Part shown: positions 1-12,837 of the stretch, one piece after another
How positions within the stretch are numbered: the stretch's first letter is position 1
How the letters are laid out: each line of letters opens with the position of its first letter
DNA from: Amoebophrya sp. A120
Lineage: Eukaryota > Protista > Dinoflagellata
Assembly: GCA_905178155.1 (NCBI GenBank)
Contig: CAJINV010000012.1
Coordinates: forward strand, 677,271 to 741,270
DNA: 64,000 bases
Reading direction: 5' to 3'
The notes under the pieces: generated by a model
Told to the model about the DNA's origin: nothing
Databases searched by the model: none
What the model saw: only the letters and a program-made list of their open reading frames with translations
Translations under genes and position numbers: made by a program

Positions 1-206
1 CGTGTTTCCCATCGTGGATCCAGCAGGCCAGCTATGATCAGAAAGAAGAGAATGAATTTTGTCAATTTCGAATGATAATCCTAGGTTGGAGATGACACAG
101 GGCAACTCCAACGCGAGGGCTTCTATTAAATTTGTGATCATGTTGTATGGTAGACGCCTGCTCCACATTGAGCTAGGTAGATGCAAGTCGTTTTTCCTTT
201 CTCATG

Positions 207-3039
207 TTAGCAAGATCTTGGTACTACGTACAAGCATGTATCGCTTCTCTTCCCATACAGCTGCGCTACCGCCCCGCCAGCAATGTACTCTTGTTGCTGT
301 TGATTCACGGTTGCACCACCCGCTAATTTGCTTTTCTCTTCGAGCGATGAAATGTACTCTTCGGCCCCGTCTTTCCCAACCTTCGAACTGCTCGTGGTTA
401 TCACCATACGGAGCAGGCAAACCGTATGCATTGCAAAAGTAAATCGTACTCGTGTAAATGCATTACAAATTTCCTCAGCGTAAAATTTGTAATGCGGATT
501 TACCTTAAGAGCAAGGTTTGTAATGTATGTTTGCGATTACTACGAGTACGATACTTTTGCACAGGATAAACGGCATTCACGGTCGACACGAGGACGAGAA
601 CCACGGTCGAAAAGTCGGATCAAATGCAAATGTGTATGGGTCTGGAAACTTGTGATGCTAGTTCGTGAATGGTAGGCAACCTCCGTTAAGGGGCCACGCA
701 TGACAAGTTTCTGTGCAGCTACTTCTTGCATAACCTGCATGAGAAGCTGCGTTTTTGCATGACACAAAAGAGATGTTGGTATAGCACATCACGCATCACA
801 GCTTTTGCTCTCCTGTGTGCCAAGCATGACAAATCTCGCAATCGCAATCTTCCAGACCCAGACATATTTGCATTTGATAAGTCGAAAAGTAAGTCCAATT
901 TGTCGAGTCTGGGCTGGTGTTGAACAAAACTTCCGCTATTCTGCTGCTGATGCTGATGTCCTCTGTTCCTGTTCCCCCCACCGCCACCGATCCGGTCGTG
1001 CGTCGCGCTCTGCCAGTTGATCCGACCACCGTTATTTTGATGATTTCCACCGCCTGGCGTCGGAGCCGGGTGTTGATGATTTGCGCTGCGCAGCCCCATG
1101 AACACCCGGAGGGACTCGCCGTTGTGGTGAAACACCGCGTTCAAAGCCGTGAAGAAAACGAAAAAGGTTTGGAAGAAAAGGAAAAAAACCGTCACCCAGA
1201 GGCCGACCTGGTTCAGGGTGCGAGAAGTGTAGACCAGCGGGGAGGGGTCGATCACGGTCTTTAGATCTGATGTGTGTTTTTTTTTTTTACGTGAGTAACT
1301 GAACTGTTCTTACACGGACGAAGATGTTGTGCCGCAGCATCCGATGATCTTTGAAGGAGGAGGATATCATGCTCATCAACATCATTTTCATCGTACATAA
1401 AAATATACTACCTGAAACTGACTGCAACACTGGGCCCTTGATATTCTGTCCGCCACCGCCCCCCTTCAAATTTGCGGCACGGCTCGTCATCTCGGTTCCA
1501 TTTCCGTTGGCCACCAAGCCGCCCAGCTGCTCCGCGAGCGTCTTCCCAAAATTCGGCATGGCGACCCGCAAGATACAGGTAAAAACACACCAGAGGAGGA
1601 GCAAGACACACCCGACGACGAGAAAAACCGTCGTGAGAGTTTCCCGTGCAGAGTGGGCGTCCAACACGCCGGATACAGCGCTGTTGTTCATCCCATGTTG
1701 ATGACTTCCGCTTGAAGGTGTTCCCCCTCCATAATTTACCGGCCAATTCTTGCTCACATACAAAACCGCCACGTTTCCGATCAGCAAACCCAGACAGACT
1801 ATCAAAGCGTAATTCAAGTGGTGCGCGCTATGGATGTGTCAGGTTTGAAATCGACAAAGTTGAAATAATTTGTCATGCATAAAATGGATACCAGTTGGGA
1901 GACCAATTTCCAAGCGGCGCATGACAAATTTTCCGAGCACCGAAGTCCAATTTGTCATGCTGTTTGGGCACAGAAGACTGCTTTTGTCATGCTCCTTTAG
2001 CAGCTCTATCCCAAACCCTAAATAGGCGCACAATCTGCCTCACTTGCCAGCCCGGCAAGACAGGCTCTTTATGCCTTGCATTTTATGCATGGCAAATCAT
2101 TTCAACTTTGACGATTTCGATCCTGACAGATCCATACGCACGGGTGGAAAATTCGTCGTGGCGGCGAAACAGATATCCTGTGCAAAAGTATCGCATTCGT
2201 ATAAATGCAAGTCTTCGTTCGTTCGTTGTGGATCGGCTCTGCCGACCGGGTAACCCAACGCCTTGCATACAAGTGACCGACTTAGGCGAACCCCGTTGCG
2301 GGACATACAAATTGGCCGTACGGAAGGGCCCTAAGCGCTACATACATAGTTCACCCTAAGCGCCTACCACTTCGGTCTGGGACCTCGTCTACCTGATCCT
2401 GGGGGTCCACAGCGCACTAGCCCTCTGCTAGCATGAACAGACTGGGTTCTACAAACTGATCTAACTCCCTCTCTTCAACAGTAAGGCCATCATAAATGTG
2501 CGCTAAAACGGGTTCGGGGCGCTCCGTACGGAAGGGAGCCTTTCGACGCGGCGTACACTCTCCTGTAGAGATTTACGCATTACAAATTTTTTTCTTAAAG
2601 TAAATCAGCATGACAAATTTTATTTCTCATGCTGAAAAAAATTTGTAATGCATTTATACGAGTACGATACTTTTGCAGCTCATAACAGAGCGTCGACTTT
2701 TCGCAGCTGCTGCTGCTCGTGCAGTTGGGAGATGGTAGGAGGAACTCCTCCTGGTGAATTATTGTTGCCGTTGTTTTTATTCGTCCCGTTCTGTTGGTTC
2801 AGAAGTTGCTGGGGACCTTGCAGCTGTTGCGGCAGCACCTCTGGATTGTAAGCGGGAATGATGTAGGGCTGTGCGTTGTAAAAAGACTGGGAATTGTAGG
2901 AGGAATATGGGTAGTTGCTGTACGCGTTCTGCTGGTAGTTGTTACCCATGGTACAACCCCCACCAGCCAAGGGCTGGGCCTGTTGTTGAACTGTTGAGGA
3001 AAAGGGGGCGGCCATCGTGGCTGGGGATTGATAATCCAC
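207..3039 (-). CDS. Multi-exon hypothetical multi-pass membrane protein (Q/N-rich N-terminus)
   Basis: ORFs 2680-3039, 1287-1817, 719-1255 and 207-431 belong together. Removing introners plus one TSD joins the 5' exons in frame (...KVDALFRRHDEFSTRAHHLNYALIVCLG...). Several hydrophobic segments. A short canonical intron near 1267-1315 is inferred. Confidence 0.6.
425..568. mobile_element. Introner family A
   Basis: TIR TAT-N7-AAAAGTATCGTACTCGTA type; flanks aaccg/aacgg. Confidence 0.85.
618..879. mobile_element. Introner family B
   Basis: TIR (T/G)ATCAAATGCAAA..GGGTCTGGAA; TSD agtcg. Confidence 0.9.
1829..2136. mobile_element. Introner family C
   Basis: TIR TATGG..TGTCAGG..GAAATCGACAAAGTTGAAAT; flanks cgcgc/cgcac. 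Confidence 0.9.
2174..2684. mobile_element. Introner family A carrying a ~360-bp internal insertion
   Basis: Both family A TIRs present; TSD acaga; 511 bp versus ~150 bp for other copies. Confidence 0.85.
2216..2576 (-). mobile_element. Unclassified insertion, possibly a SINE/LINE 3' fragment
   Basis: Interrupts the family A consensus between gcaagtctt and gcattacaaat; (CGTT)3 at one end; internal repeats ccgtacggaaggg x2 and ccctaagcgc x2. Confidence 0.5.
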
Positions 3040-3995
3040 GTCAAAGCCAGAAGAAGCAGCACGGGAAACAATGTTTTCTTATTCGAGCACGACGACGTAA
3101 AGTACTTTTTTTGTTGATTTTGTGCTAGCTCGGTCTACTAGCAGCAAGGAGTGTAGTTTGTTGAATTCGTTGGTGTTGTTCAGATCGTTCTACATTTTTA
3201 GTTACTTCCTCGGTGGAGAACGACGAGAACTTCCTTGTTGATGTCTCGTGTATGAAATCAGGGAAAAAATGAACTTCTTGTCTTTCAGGGCGGTGCTTCT
3301 CATTGAAAACTAAGAAATAGGCCATGTAGCAGAAAGATTTTCGCGTGTCAAAAAGAAGAAGAAGAGCGAACCTTTGAAAGCCTCGGACCATTTTCTTGTG
3401 GAGCTTCTGAAAAAAAAAACAGATCGCACGTGGCGAATGCGGACGCGGAGGGTTTCAGCGTCAGGCTCATCAAAATGAGATTATTGACAAAATGAAAGTG
3501 ATCTTGGTGCTTACTCGTCAAGATCTTGATTATCAAGAAAAAGCAAAAACAAAAAGAACAACATCGAACAAAAAAAGAAGACCAGAATAAGAAGCCTCCT
3601 TGCGCCTTGCTGTTCTGGGACGCTGCGCAACGTTGTTGCCGCTGTCGATTCAGTCGACCACTACTTCTGGCTTCGATTATAACAGGAAAGCAAGAACTTC
3701 TACTTCATCTGCAAATGAAGATCTGGGCACAGCCACAGGTTTGGTGTGCAAGAACTGAAGGCGCACAAACAGCTCGAGGGGCATTGGCCTCTTCTCTTTG
3801 TCGCAACGAAGAGACGCAGAAGAACGCTGCCCATTGCACGAAAAAATGAATATCAAATGATTAGTGTCATCGAAGCAAGACTAATGTTGACTAAGAGTGA
3901 GCGTAGCGTATTTGATGTTCCCTATTTCCTACAGCCGACGTTGGCTCCCACTGCTACGGCGGCGACGCTGAAGTAGATGAAACCGACTGAAATTT

Positions 3996-6900
3996 CTACT
4001 CTCGCCACCGTTTCAGCGCGATGAATTTATGAACGTCCTTGAGTATGACCTGCAAAAGTATCGCACTCGTAGTTGTAATTGCAGTCATGCATTGCAAATC
4101 TTTTGCTCAAGGTAAATCCGCATTACAAATTGCATTTCTCATGCTAAGGAAATTTGTAATGCATTAATACGAGTACGATACTTTTGCAATGCATATTGAG
4201 CGCCACGTGTTTGAACCCGTACTGCTTAAACAGCACCGACAAAGCGCTCTGGTCCGCCATGTGTTTTTGGAAACCGGCGTAGTTTTTTACGGACTTGTCT
4301 ATCGACTCGACCTTCACAATCACCGGATCGATCATTTTTGATAGCCAGTGTCTCGCAAAGCGCAACGCCAGCGGGGTTTTCCTGAAAGCGAGGAAGTAGG
4401 CGCCCATCTGCGGTCGCTCCGAAATAGCATGGTGGTCGCCATTCAGGGCCTGGGTGATATTAGTTCGAATATTTCAAAAAAGCCACTTTCTGTATATTGT
4501 CGCTGCCTGCGGCGGATGACAATCAAAGTGCAATATCGAAGCGATTAAGATTATCATGTTTTGGCATCACACACGTCCTCCGTAATGATCAATGAAATAC
4601 CATCAAGGTTTCCCGCTTGCTCCAATCCGCTTCGAAGCAGCACTTCAGCTGCAGTACCGCCACATCGGTTTCTTTCAGTGCGTTATGCAGTGCAAAAGTA
4701 TCGTACACGTTGTAATTGCATTTCTGCATTTCAGCATTACAGTACAAATTCAATTTGTAATGCTGGGGGAATTTGTAATGCAATTTCTGCTAGTGCAATG
4801 TTTTTGCATTCCATATGCGTTTAGCACGAACAATCTTGGGTCGTTTGTGAAATGATTCCCGGCGTCGAGATACACCACGACGCTGTTCTATCCTATGTAA
4901 AAACACCCCCACCCCATGGCTGTCATGCAAAGCTGCATGCTCAAAACGTTTGTGATGCAGAGCCCCATGAGAAGCGTTTTCTAGTCGCCTGTTGGGATTT
5001 GTCATGCTCCAATAAGCACAACGCGCTAGCTCTGTGATGCTGCTGAACGAGCTCCACAGGAATGCACTACAATCAAGGCCAAAACTGTCACGCGCAACAG
5101 CCAAAGCTGGCAGATTTGTCTAGCAGATTCCCCATCTTGACTCTGGGGTGGGGATGTTTTTACTCAAGATATGTCCCACGGCACATTCTCGTCTTCTAGC
5201 GTCTTCAGCATCACATATGGTTTCCAAATCCACAATCCGCCCCCGGTTTTCACCGACAAGATGTCATTGTGCTGCTCTTTCCAAACCGGGTCGAAAGCAG
5301 TTGAGTCGTAAGCCCTCTGGTCCTGAAAGTAACCTTTTCCAGTTTCTAGATTTTTCTTTATCGCTTTCTGACAGCACCCGTCCGCGTAGGAGATGTGGAC
5401 CCAGTTGGTGGCTTGGATTTCGTGTTGTTGACTGCTTATCGTGTTCGTGGTGCTCCGGTAGAAGTGCTCTTTGGCGAGCAGTTTCGGGACGTTGATAGTA
5501 GTTTCTTGGGAAACTACCTCTGAAAGGTCAGAAGTAGATGCAGATACATTTGCGTTCTTTCTCCGCCTTCTTCTCTTCTTCCTCATGGCCGCACTACGAT
5601 CCTCGCCTTCAAGGAGTACATCGGCCCCACTACCTATCGAAACCTTGCTTTTTTCGATTTCCTGCTGAAGCAGATGGTCAACATCGGTACTGTCGTCATC
5701 TTCATCGCTGGAGGCAGAAGTGCCGACATCTCTACTTGTACTTCCATCCGCGGATGAAGCAGCCTCTCGTCCTTCGCCACTGCTTCTACGTGCTGCCCCG
5801 AGAATGATATCCTCCTCCACTTTCTCCAGAAACTCGTAGTTCTGAATTACATCGTTCTTCCTGATCGCTGCATCCAGAACGACTACACCATTCGCAACGG
5901 CGAGCTGGTTATCAAATGCAAATATGTGGTCTGGGTCTGGAAAGTCAAAGTTGTGATGCAGGTCACTGAATAATAAGCACACAGTCATGCGCCGCCAAGC
6001 ATGACCACAGGTTTTTTCATGGTTCTGTGTTGCGTATTCCGCATGAGAAACTGTGTGTTTGCATGACAGTCAAGAGGAGCTCTTGGCTGCCACGCAATAC
6101 TACAGAGCCCAGACTCATGCCAGACTAGCATGACAAGTCTAGCAATCTCCCACACCCAGACATATTTGCAACCCATACTGGTCAAATTTTCGGTACTTGG
6201 CGTACTTTTTCAGAATCGATTCGCCTGCGGTTGACAAAACTTTAACTTTTTCCTGGACTTCTGCGCCCTTGGTATTGATCATTTCACCATCGTCATCGTG
6301 ATAGAACCGCTGAAACAGTTCATCGGCGGATTCCGTGGCGGCGTGAAAGTGAAACCCAACCATTTCTCTCGGCGGGAAGGGATAAATCTCCTTCAACTGC
6401 TCCTCGGAAAGTTGTAGAAAATCTTTCCGATGCTGCATCTTTGCGCGTCGGATAGAAGCTGTCGTGGAGCCGCTTGATGTGGTCGCTGGTGGGTCGACGT
6501 CGTTTATTTTCACGACCCTTGCTTCTGCGTAGTCTTTGACATCTTGGATCCATTGTTCGTGTATGTTTTCCGCCCCTTCTTCCTTTTCCAACTCCTTCGT
6601 CAATCGCGGCGGCGCGTTCCAGGGTAGCAATGGCGTGACGTTGGACCTAGAACTCGCACCGGAGTCGGAGGTGGAGGAAAACGAAGAACACGAGCCTCCG
6701 CTTTGCCCCCCGCATTCCATGCTGAATCCGTCTCCGGAGGCGAGCACACAGGACTCCAACACTTTGTACCGCACTCCCCGGACCGGCAACGCGATCCGCG
6801 TTTCGTCCCAGTAGCTGATCGTTCGGTTGTCCGGGTTGGCCTGGTGGCTCCGGCCCTGGTAGTCCCACCCGCCAACGTCGTCGGCGCCCTGGCGGCCGAG

Positions 6901-9900
6901 GATCAGATCCCACATCTGCAGGTCAAACCCGAAGGGGTTGAGGAGGAGTGTGTGGCGGATCTGGTACAAAATGTCCAAAACGAGATTGGTTTTCGGGGTG
7001 CTGGGGCTCGACTGCGAATTTTGAATTTTGGATTTAGCAGCATGATGGCCGGTGATCAGAGAATCCGATACGACCAGCCCATCGGAGTCTACGGAGGCGG
7101 TATCCTGTGCAAAAGTATCGCACTCGTAGTAATTGCAAACACGCATTACAAATCTTGTTCTCAAGCTAAATCCGCATTACAAATTTTATTTCTCATGCTG
7201 AGGAAATTTGTAATGCAATTATACGAATACGATACTTTTGCAATGCATAAGCGGTAGAGGAAGCTGATGCTTTCATGTTTGTTGTTTCCGCCTCGTCGTG
7301 GTCCGCGTCGTCTTGTCCTGATCCACCAACTGCAGCTTGTCGTGGTGCTGGGACTACAGCGGTAAACGCATCCTCGCTTAATATCCCGGCTGCAGGACCA
7401 TGTGGTCCGACCTGTGGAAAAAATCCAGCTTTTGTGGGGGTAGTTTTCGCGCTGCCTTTGGTTGTTGATGACGTCTTTATTCTACTAGTACTAGTTCCTG
7501 GTCCACCGCCGATCGGCACACAGAGGACGGCGGGACTGACCCCGATGCCGTATTGATCCTTACTCGCCAGGACAAAATCGAACTTCTCGTCGAAAAGGTT
7601 TGCCGGCGACTGGAGCCAGGCGATGTCCAGGTCGACCCAACAGGCGCCGGTGGGAGGAGGAGGAGGTGATAATGTTCTACTTGCACCCGAACTAGAACTC
7701 CTACTCGCGCTGGTGGCACTAGGTTGGGAGACGAGCTCCTGCGCGTTCGTCGTTGTTACCAGATGAATCAAAGCATCGTATTTCGCAATCAAGGACGGAA
7801 ACGTGGGTAAGCACCAGGTCTCGAGTTCTTCTTTTGTGCACTGAGGTTCAGGTTCACTTTCATCGTGGTCGGCAGAAGTTCCTACTTGTTCTGAATCTGC
7901 AGGTGAGGAAGCTGAAGCTGCCGGTGTCCTTGTTGTGTCCATCAGGACAATCAAATTTAGGCCAAATTTTTCTCTAAATCTTCTCACCACTTTCCGTACG
8001 TGCGTCGCCATCCACCCGTAAGCTTGGGTAAAAAAGACGACGCTGTTCTTGTGCTTACTTTTTGAAGGTGTCGTTTTTCTACTTCCCGATGCAGTAGCTG
8101 TGGAAGTAGAAGCATCTTCTACTTTCTCCTGTACCGTGTCTATCATTCTGTTTTTGACAAGCCGCAAAAGGTGCCTCCTATCCACCAGACTGGGCTCATT
8201 GCGGGTTCGGGTGCGGAAACTCGTCGTGATGAATTCGGGGCTTACAATTCCGGTAGATTGATCATGTCTCTGATTCTCTGCTTCTTCAGGATCATTTCCT
8301 GGCACTATGACAGTGTCACCTGCTTCTCTGGCGGTTGCTTCTGCAGCTTCTGGAGCTGCCGGACCCCTCTCGCTAGATGTTCTTGAAACTCGTTCCTCAG
8401 TGTAGTCGTATGGATTGCAAATGTGTCTGGGTCTGGAAGAGTGCAAGATTTGTCTTCATGCATATTTATTCTCATGCTGGCCCGTAATGCCTGTAATGCA
8501 TGACCTAGCATCAGAGACTTTTAGAGGGCTTCGTGATGCACCACCTTCCGCATGAGAAATGCCCTGTCTGCGTAGCACAAACTGGACACCCCTTGCTAGT
8601 CATGCAATACAAATATTTTTCGAATCCAAAAACAGCATGACAACTTCCAGACCCAGACATTTTTGCATTTGATAAGTCGATCCTCGCCACCAAACTCCCG
8701 TCCCCGCGACTGGGGAAATCTAGCCGCTCCCGCCGCATTCTGTACAGCATGTCCCACAAACTATACACGGGCCAGTTGTCCGCCTTGATTGCGTCCGCGA
8801 TAGGTGCGTGGACCGCATGAACCGACGTTACCGCCGTCAGAAACCTCTGGAACCACGCTTGCCGGTCCGACCGGGCGTACCAGAACGCGTGCAACTATGC
8901 TGTGCAAAACTATCGTACTCGTATGAGTGCAATCATGCATGACAAATTGCATATCTTAGGCATATCAGCATTACAAACTGCCGTTTTCTCTTTGAAAAAA
9001 TTTGTAATGCAATTTATACTAAGTACGATGCTTTTTCAATTCATAGCAACACGTAGGCCGCAATCACCGCCAAGTGACACCCAGCTTTGTATTGGTCGGT
9101 GCGCCAGGATTGGAAAATCATGTCGGCGGAGTCCGCAACGTATCCACTGCAAAAGTATCGTACTCGTAGTAATTGCATTTATGCATTACAAATTTCTTTC
9201 TCAATGCAAATCAGCATTACAGATTTAATTTGTAATGCTGGGCGAATTTGTAATGCAATTTATACTAGTACGATGCTTTTGCAGTTCATACAACGGACAT
9301 CATTTTTTCCAGGTGGTACAGATCCTCCCACTTTTTGTAGTTCGCCGCAGTGTATCAAATGTAAAAATGTCTGGATCTGGAAGAATGCAACTTGTCATGC
9401 TAGATCTGAAAACATGCAAAAATCTGTATTGCATGATTACCAAAAGTCGTCCGGTTTGGACCAAGTCGGGAGGGAGTTTCTCATGCAGGATAGGCATGAT
9501 AGAGATCGCACAGAATCTGTCATGCTAGGTCCTGCATTCCAGACCTCATGGGTCATGGAAAAGCTGCATGACAAATCGCGCATTCTTCCAGACCCAGACA
9601 CTTTTACATTTGATACAGTGACCGTGATTTTCTGGTAGGTAGCGTCACCGTTACTCGGAATTTGGACGATAGTGTTTGCTTGCAAATTTCGTTGTGAGTC
9701 GTGCGCCGCGGTGGAAATTTGTTTCGTTTTCTTCCGCTTTGTTCCTGATTCTGTTTGTTCCACCCGCCCAGAAGCAGCGCTACCAGAACTTGACGCGTCC
9801 GTGGCGTTTACGAGTTGTTTGTAAAACAAATCCCAATCTACTCGTTTGTGCATGGGGATGGACTCGTCGTGGTGCTGCTTGCAGTGCCCCATCCGGGTAG

Positions 9901-11093
9901 ACCCCGTTTCCGGGTAAAGTAACATCAACATGTGCAACAGCCGAAACACCGGAAACGACGACCCAAGCAGCAAATGCGACGTGCCCTCAGTATCCTGTGC
10001 AAAAGTATCGTACTAGTATAAATGCATGACAAATTCCCTCAGCATGAGACATAAAATTTGTAATGCGGATTTACCTTGAGAAAAAAACTTGTAATGCATG
10101 ACTGCAATCGCTACGAGTACGATACTTTTGCACAGGATACTCAGGAACCCTCGCTAACTTCTTCCCGTCGGACGGACCCTGCACCGAGTTCGGCACCCAC
10201 TGGATCAATTCGTTGGAGAGCATCGCGTCCAAAACCAGTATGGCCGTTTCATCCTGCGGAAGCTTTCCCTGCAGCAATCCGGACTGCAGCAGCTCTAGCA
10301 AGGCCTTCATGACCAACGCAGTGATGCCCGCCGCTTTGCACTGGTGGTTGTTCTCCAAGACCGTTTCCACGTCGGCGGCCACGAAGGATATCGTTTCGAA
10401 GAGCCATTTGGAGGGCTTATGGTTGTGTCAGGATTGAAATCGACAAAGTTGAAATAATCTGTGATGCATAAAATGCAAGACACGAAGTGACTGTCTTGCA
10501 GAGATTGCAAGTGAGGCCGATTGTGAGCCTGTTTCGGGTTTGGGATATTAGAGCTGCTAAAGTAGCATGACAAAGGATACCATCTTTCGCTAAACAGCAT
10601 GACAAACTGGATTTCGATGACGTCGAAATTTGTCATGCGCCGCTTAGAAATTGGGCTTCCAACTGGTATCGGTTTTATGCATCGCAAATTTTTCAACTTT
10701 GTCGATTTCGATCCTGACACTTCCATACGGTTTTTTCGTGTTGTAAAGTTTCTCCACTTCGTCCGCGAATTTGAAAGACAAATGCGCAAACCCCTGCTCC
10801 CGCCTCGTCGGCATTTCCGGAGAAACGATTGGGTCGCAATCGAATTTCGTGTCGAAGATCGGTTGGATGATGTGAGGATCTGCTGCAGTTGTGCTCGACG
10901 TGACAGGCGCGCTAAAGATGAAGTAGAGAAGATGTGCGAGGAAGAGGATCTGCGTTGCGGCACAGGCATTTGCAAGTGGCTTCCGTCGTCCTCGACTCGG
11001 CATCAACATGTTATGGCCCGGGGGGCGGCCGAAGAACGACGAGAGGGAACCTATTTTTCGTCGCATTTTTTCCAGCACAAAGATCCTGCTCAA
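3996..11093 (-). CDS. Large multi-exon protein with two glycosyltransferase-like domains
   Basis: Spliced translation shows WVDLDIAW (DxD, nucleotide-diphospho-sugar transferase-like), then GGGLWIWKPYV..VYLDAG..DQSALSVL; hydrophobic segment near the N-terminus; 11 introners; ends ...FIALKRWRE*. Confidence 0.65.
4044..4195. mobile_element. Introner family A
   Basis: TIRs; TSD ttgag. Confidence 0.9.
4684..4815. mobile_element. Introner family A
   Basis: TIRs; TSD tgcgt. Confidence 0.85.
4889..5171. mobile_element. Introner family D
   Basis: TIR TATCCT..GTAAAAAC..CCCCACCCCA; flanks tgttc/tgtcc; similar to 25190-25469. Confidence 0.85.
5910..6177. mobile_element. Introner family B
   Basis: TIRs; TSD ctggt. 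Confidence 0.9.
7101..7249. mobile_element. Introner family A
   Basis: TIRs; flanks ggcgg/agcgg. Confidence 0.9.
8409..8674. mobile_element. Introner family B
   Basis: TIRs; TSD agtcg. Confidence 0.9.
8896..9045. mobile_element. Introner family A
   Basis: Degenerate TIRs; TSD gcaac. Confidence 0.85.
9141..9290. mobile_element. Introner family A
   Basis: TIRs; TSD caacg. Confidence 0.9.
9353..9615. mobile_element. Introner family B
   Basis: TIRs; TSD cagtg. Confidence 0.9.
9991..10139. mobile_element. Introner family A
   Basis: Near-perfect TIR TATCCTGTGCAAAAGTATCGTACT; TSD ctcag. Confidence 0.95.
10418..10727. mobile_element. Introner family C (opposite orientation to 1829-2136)
   Basis: TIRs; flanks gggct/cggtt; removing element plus 5 nt gives in-frame NTKKPSKWLFE. 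Confidence 0.85.
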
Positions 11094-12058
11094 TCTGACG
11101 CTTTGTTCAGATCGAGAGCAGCAGCTTCGGCTGGTCGGTCTCCTGTTAGAAGGATGAAGATTTCTCAGGAACAGTGCAGCTGCATGGTTCTTTGTGCGCC
11201 GCGGAGGTGCGCCGGAACAGGTGCAACTCTAGAAAATTTTCTTGGCCCCCCTGCATTTTGGTGCCTCTAATTTTTCGTGATTTAGATTTTTTCGAGATCT
11301 TCTAAACGGCGCCGGTAGGTCGGGATCGTCACAACACGAAAACAAAAATTTTCACCGTCGAGGGCCACAAACGAAGAAGAAGATCTCTTCAGGGGCAAAA
11401 GAAAACGAATCAGCAAACAAGATCTTCTGCTGACAGATTGATAACTTCTGTTACTGTTTCCTTTTGAACGAATTATGATTGCAGCTTTCGCCCGCAAAAA
11501 AGTACAAAAAAAGAATGTTCCACACGGAGAGCGCAGAACGTCTCCCCTGAGCAAATGTGCTCCACGACGAAGACAGCAAAGAAAAACTTAAAACCATACG
11601 AAAGCATACGACGTTACTTTCAACTACTAAGACAACAACTCGGCAGGAACAACAAGAAAAGATCGACGCCTTCGCGGCTCCGAGACCGAATGCAAATCGC
11701 AGCTGAGAAGAACTTGGCGAAGCCGCGCTCTCGTGGTCATGATCTACGTCAAGCGGGTGGAACAAAAGGCCTTACACGACCACGACTGTCTTCTGCTTCT
11801 ACCGTGGGATGACGATGATCTCCCAGCACCTGTTCATCGTCTAGACCAGAATCAGTGGAGCTCTTCACGCAATTTTGCTGTTGCGCAGCGACCACGCAAG
11901 TCATCAATCTCACTGCACACACGGATAGAGAGGAAAGGCGTAGAAGTCCTGAAGGTCACAAGCATCAAAGTCGGGTCGCGGTAGTAAGTTACACAGCAGG
12001 TCGTGGGGTAGCGCAAGAATATGAATAATGGAGCTAAATAAGGTTCGTGAGCAACATG

Positions 12059-12781
12059 TCAGCCCGCGCCCGCTGCAGTTCTCGCCAACATTTCAGCCCG
12101 CGCCCGCTCATGTTCTCTCTCTGTAGTCTCATTCAGCATTTGGTAGGCCACCAAACTCATCCGAAATTGATCGTTGCAGGTCGCGCACAAGCAGTAAGGT
12201 GCTGGTGGGCGATAGTTGTGGGTCATTATACGGCTGCTGCAGCTCCTCTGGAACTTTATTGACTCTGCACCTGCAGCAAAACGAGCAGAACTGCTCACAC
12301 TTCTGTCCCGACACTTTTGGCAGTAGTAGAACAGGCAGCGCTCGCCCAAGCGCAGGATCAGCTGATTGCAGTGATTGCAATACAGCCTGTTCACATTTTT
12401 GTACACTGGAAACTCGTTCTGTGGGTACGCTTGACGGATCTCGTAAGCTGGAGAAATGTCCTTCACGGCGCATAAGTGCCAAAGGGAATTTGAGGCATCG
12501 CAGGAGCTTCTTGGAGTAGAAGTAGCACATCTAGATTGATGCCCCGTCGTCGTCGAGGCGGGGGCTGCCGCGGAATCATAATGGCGCAAGAAAGGACCAA
12601 CCATAGCGATATTGGCAAACATGACCTTCGTTTCAGTACAACGAGATGGGGTAGCGACTGCGCCTTTCAGGTGGTCTCTTCTGGAGAAGACAGTGGGGGT
12701 CGTAGGTGGCGGTGCTCTTTTTGATAAAATATCAAGGTCTGGTGGTCGTGAAAAATGCTGTGCCAGCCTCAGCTGACCCAC
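12059..12781 (-). CDS. Cys-rich putative zinc-finger protein
   Basis: CNHC..CQKC..CATC motifs; start codon uncertain. Confidence 0.5.
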   Translation of the reverse strand: MGQLRLAQHFSRPPDLDILSKRAPPPTTPTVFSRRDHLKGAVATPSRCTETKVMFANIAMVGPFLRHYDSAAAPASTTTGHQSRCATSTPRSSCDASNSLWHLCAVKDISPAYEIRQAYPQNEFPVYKNVNRLYCNHCNQLILRLGERCLFYYCQKCRDRSVSSSARFAAGAESIKFQRSCSSRIMTHNYRPPAPYCLCATCNDQFRMSLVAYQMLNETTEREHERARAEMLARTAAGAG

Positions 12782-12837
12782 GTGTTACAAGTCAGCGTCG
12801 GTCCTCTGAGAAGTGTAGCGCTCTTCGGTTCGGTCAT

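Noticed and set aside
12380-12600. SET domain in the Cys-rich ORF (AVKDISPAYEI)
   Set aside because: It resembles only the C-terminal SET motif; the NHxC motif is absent.
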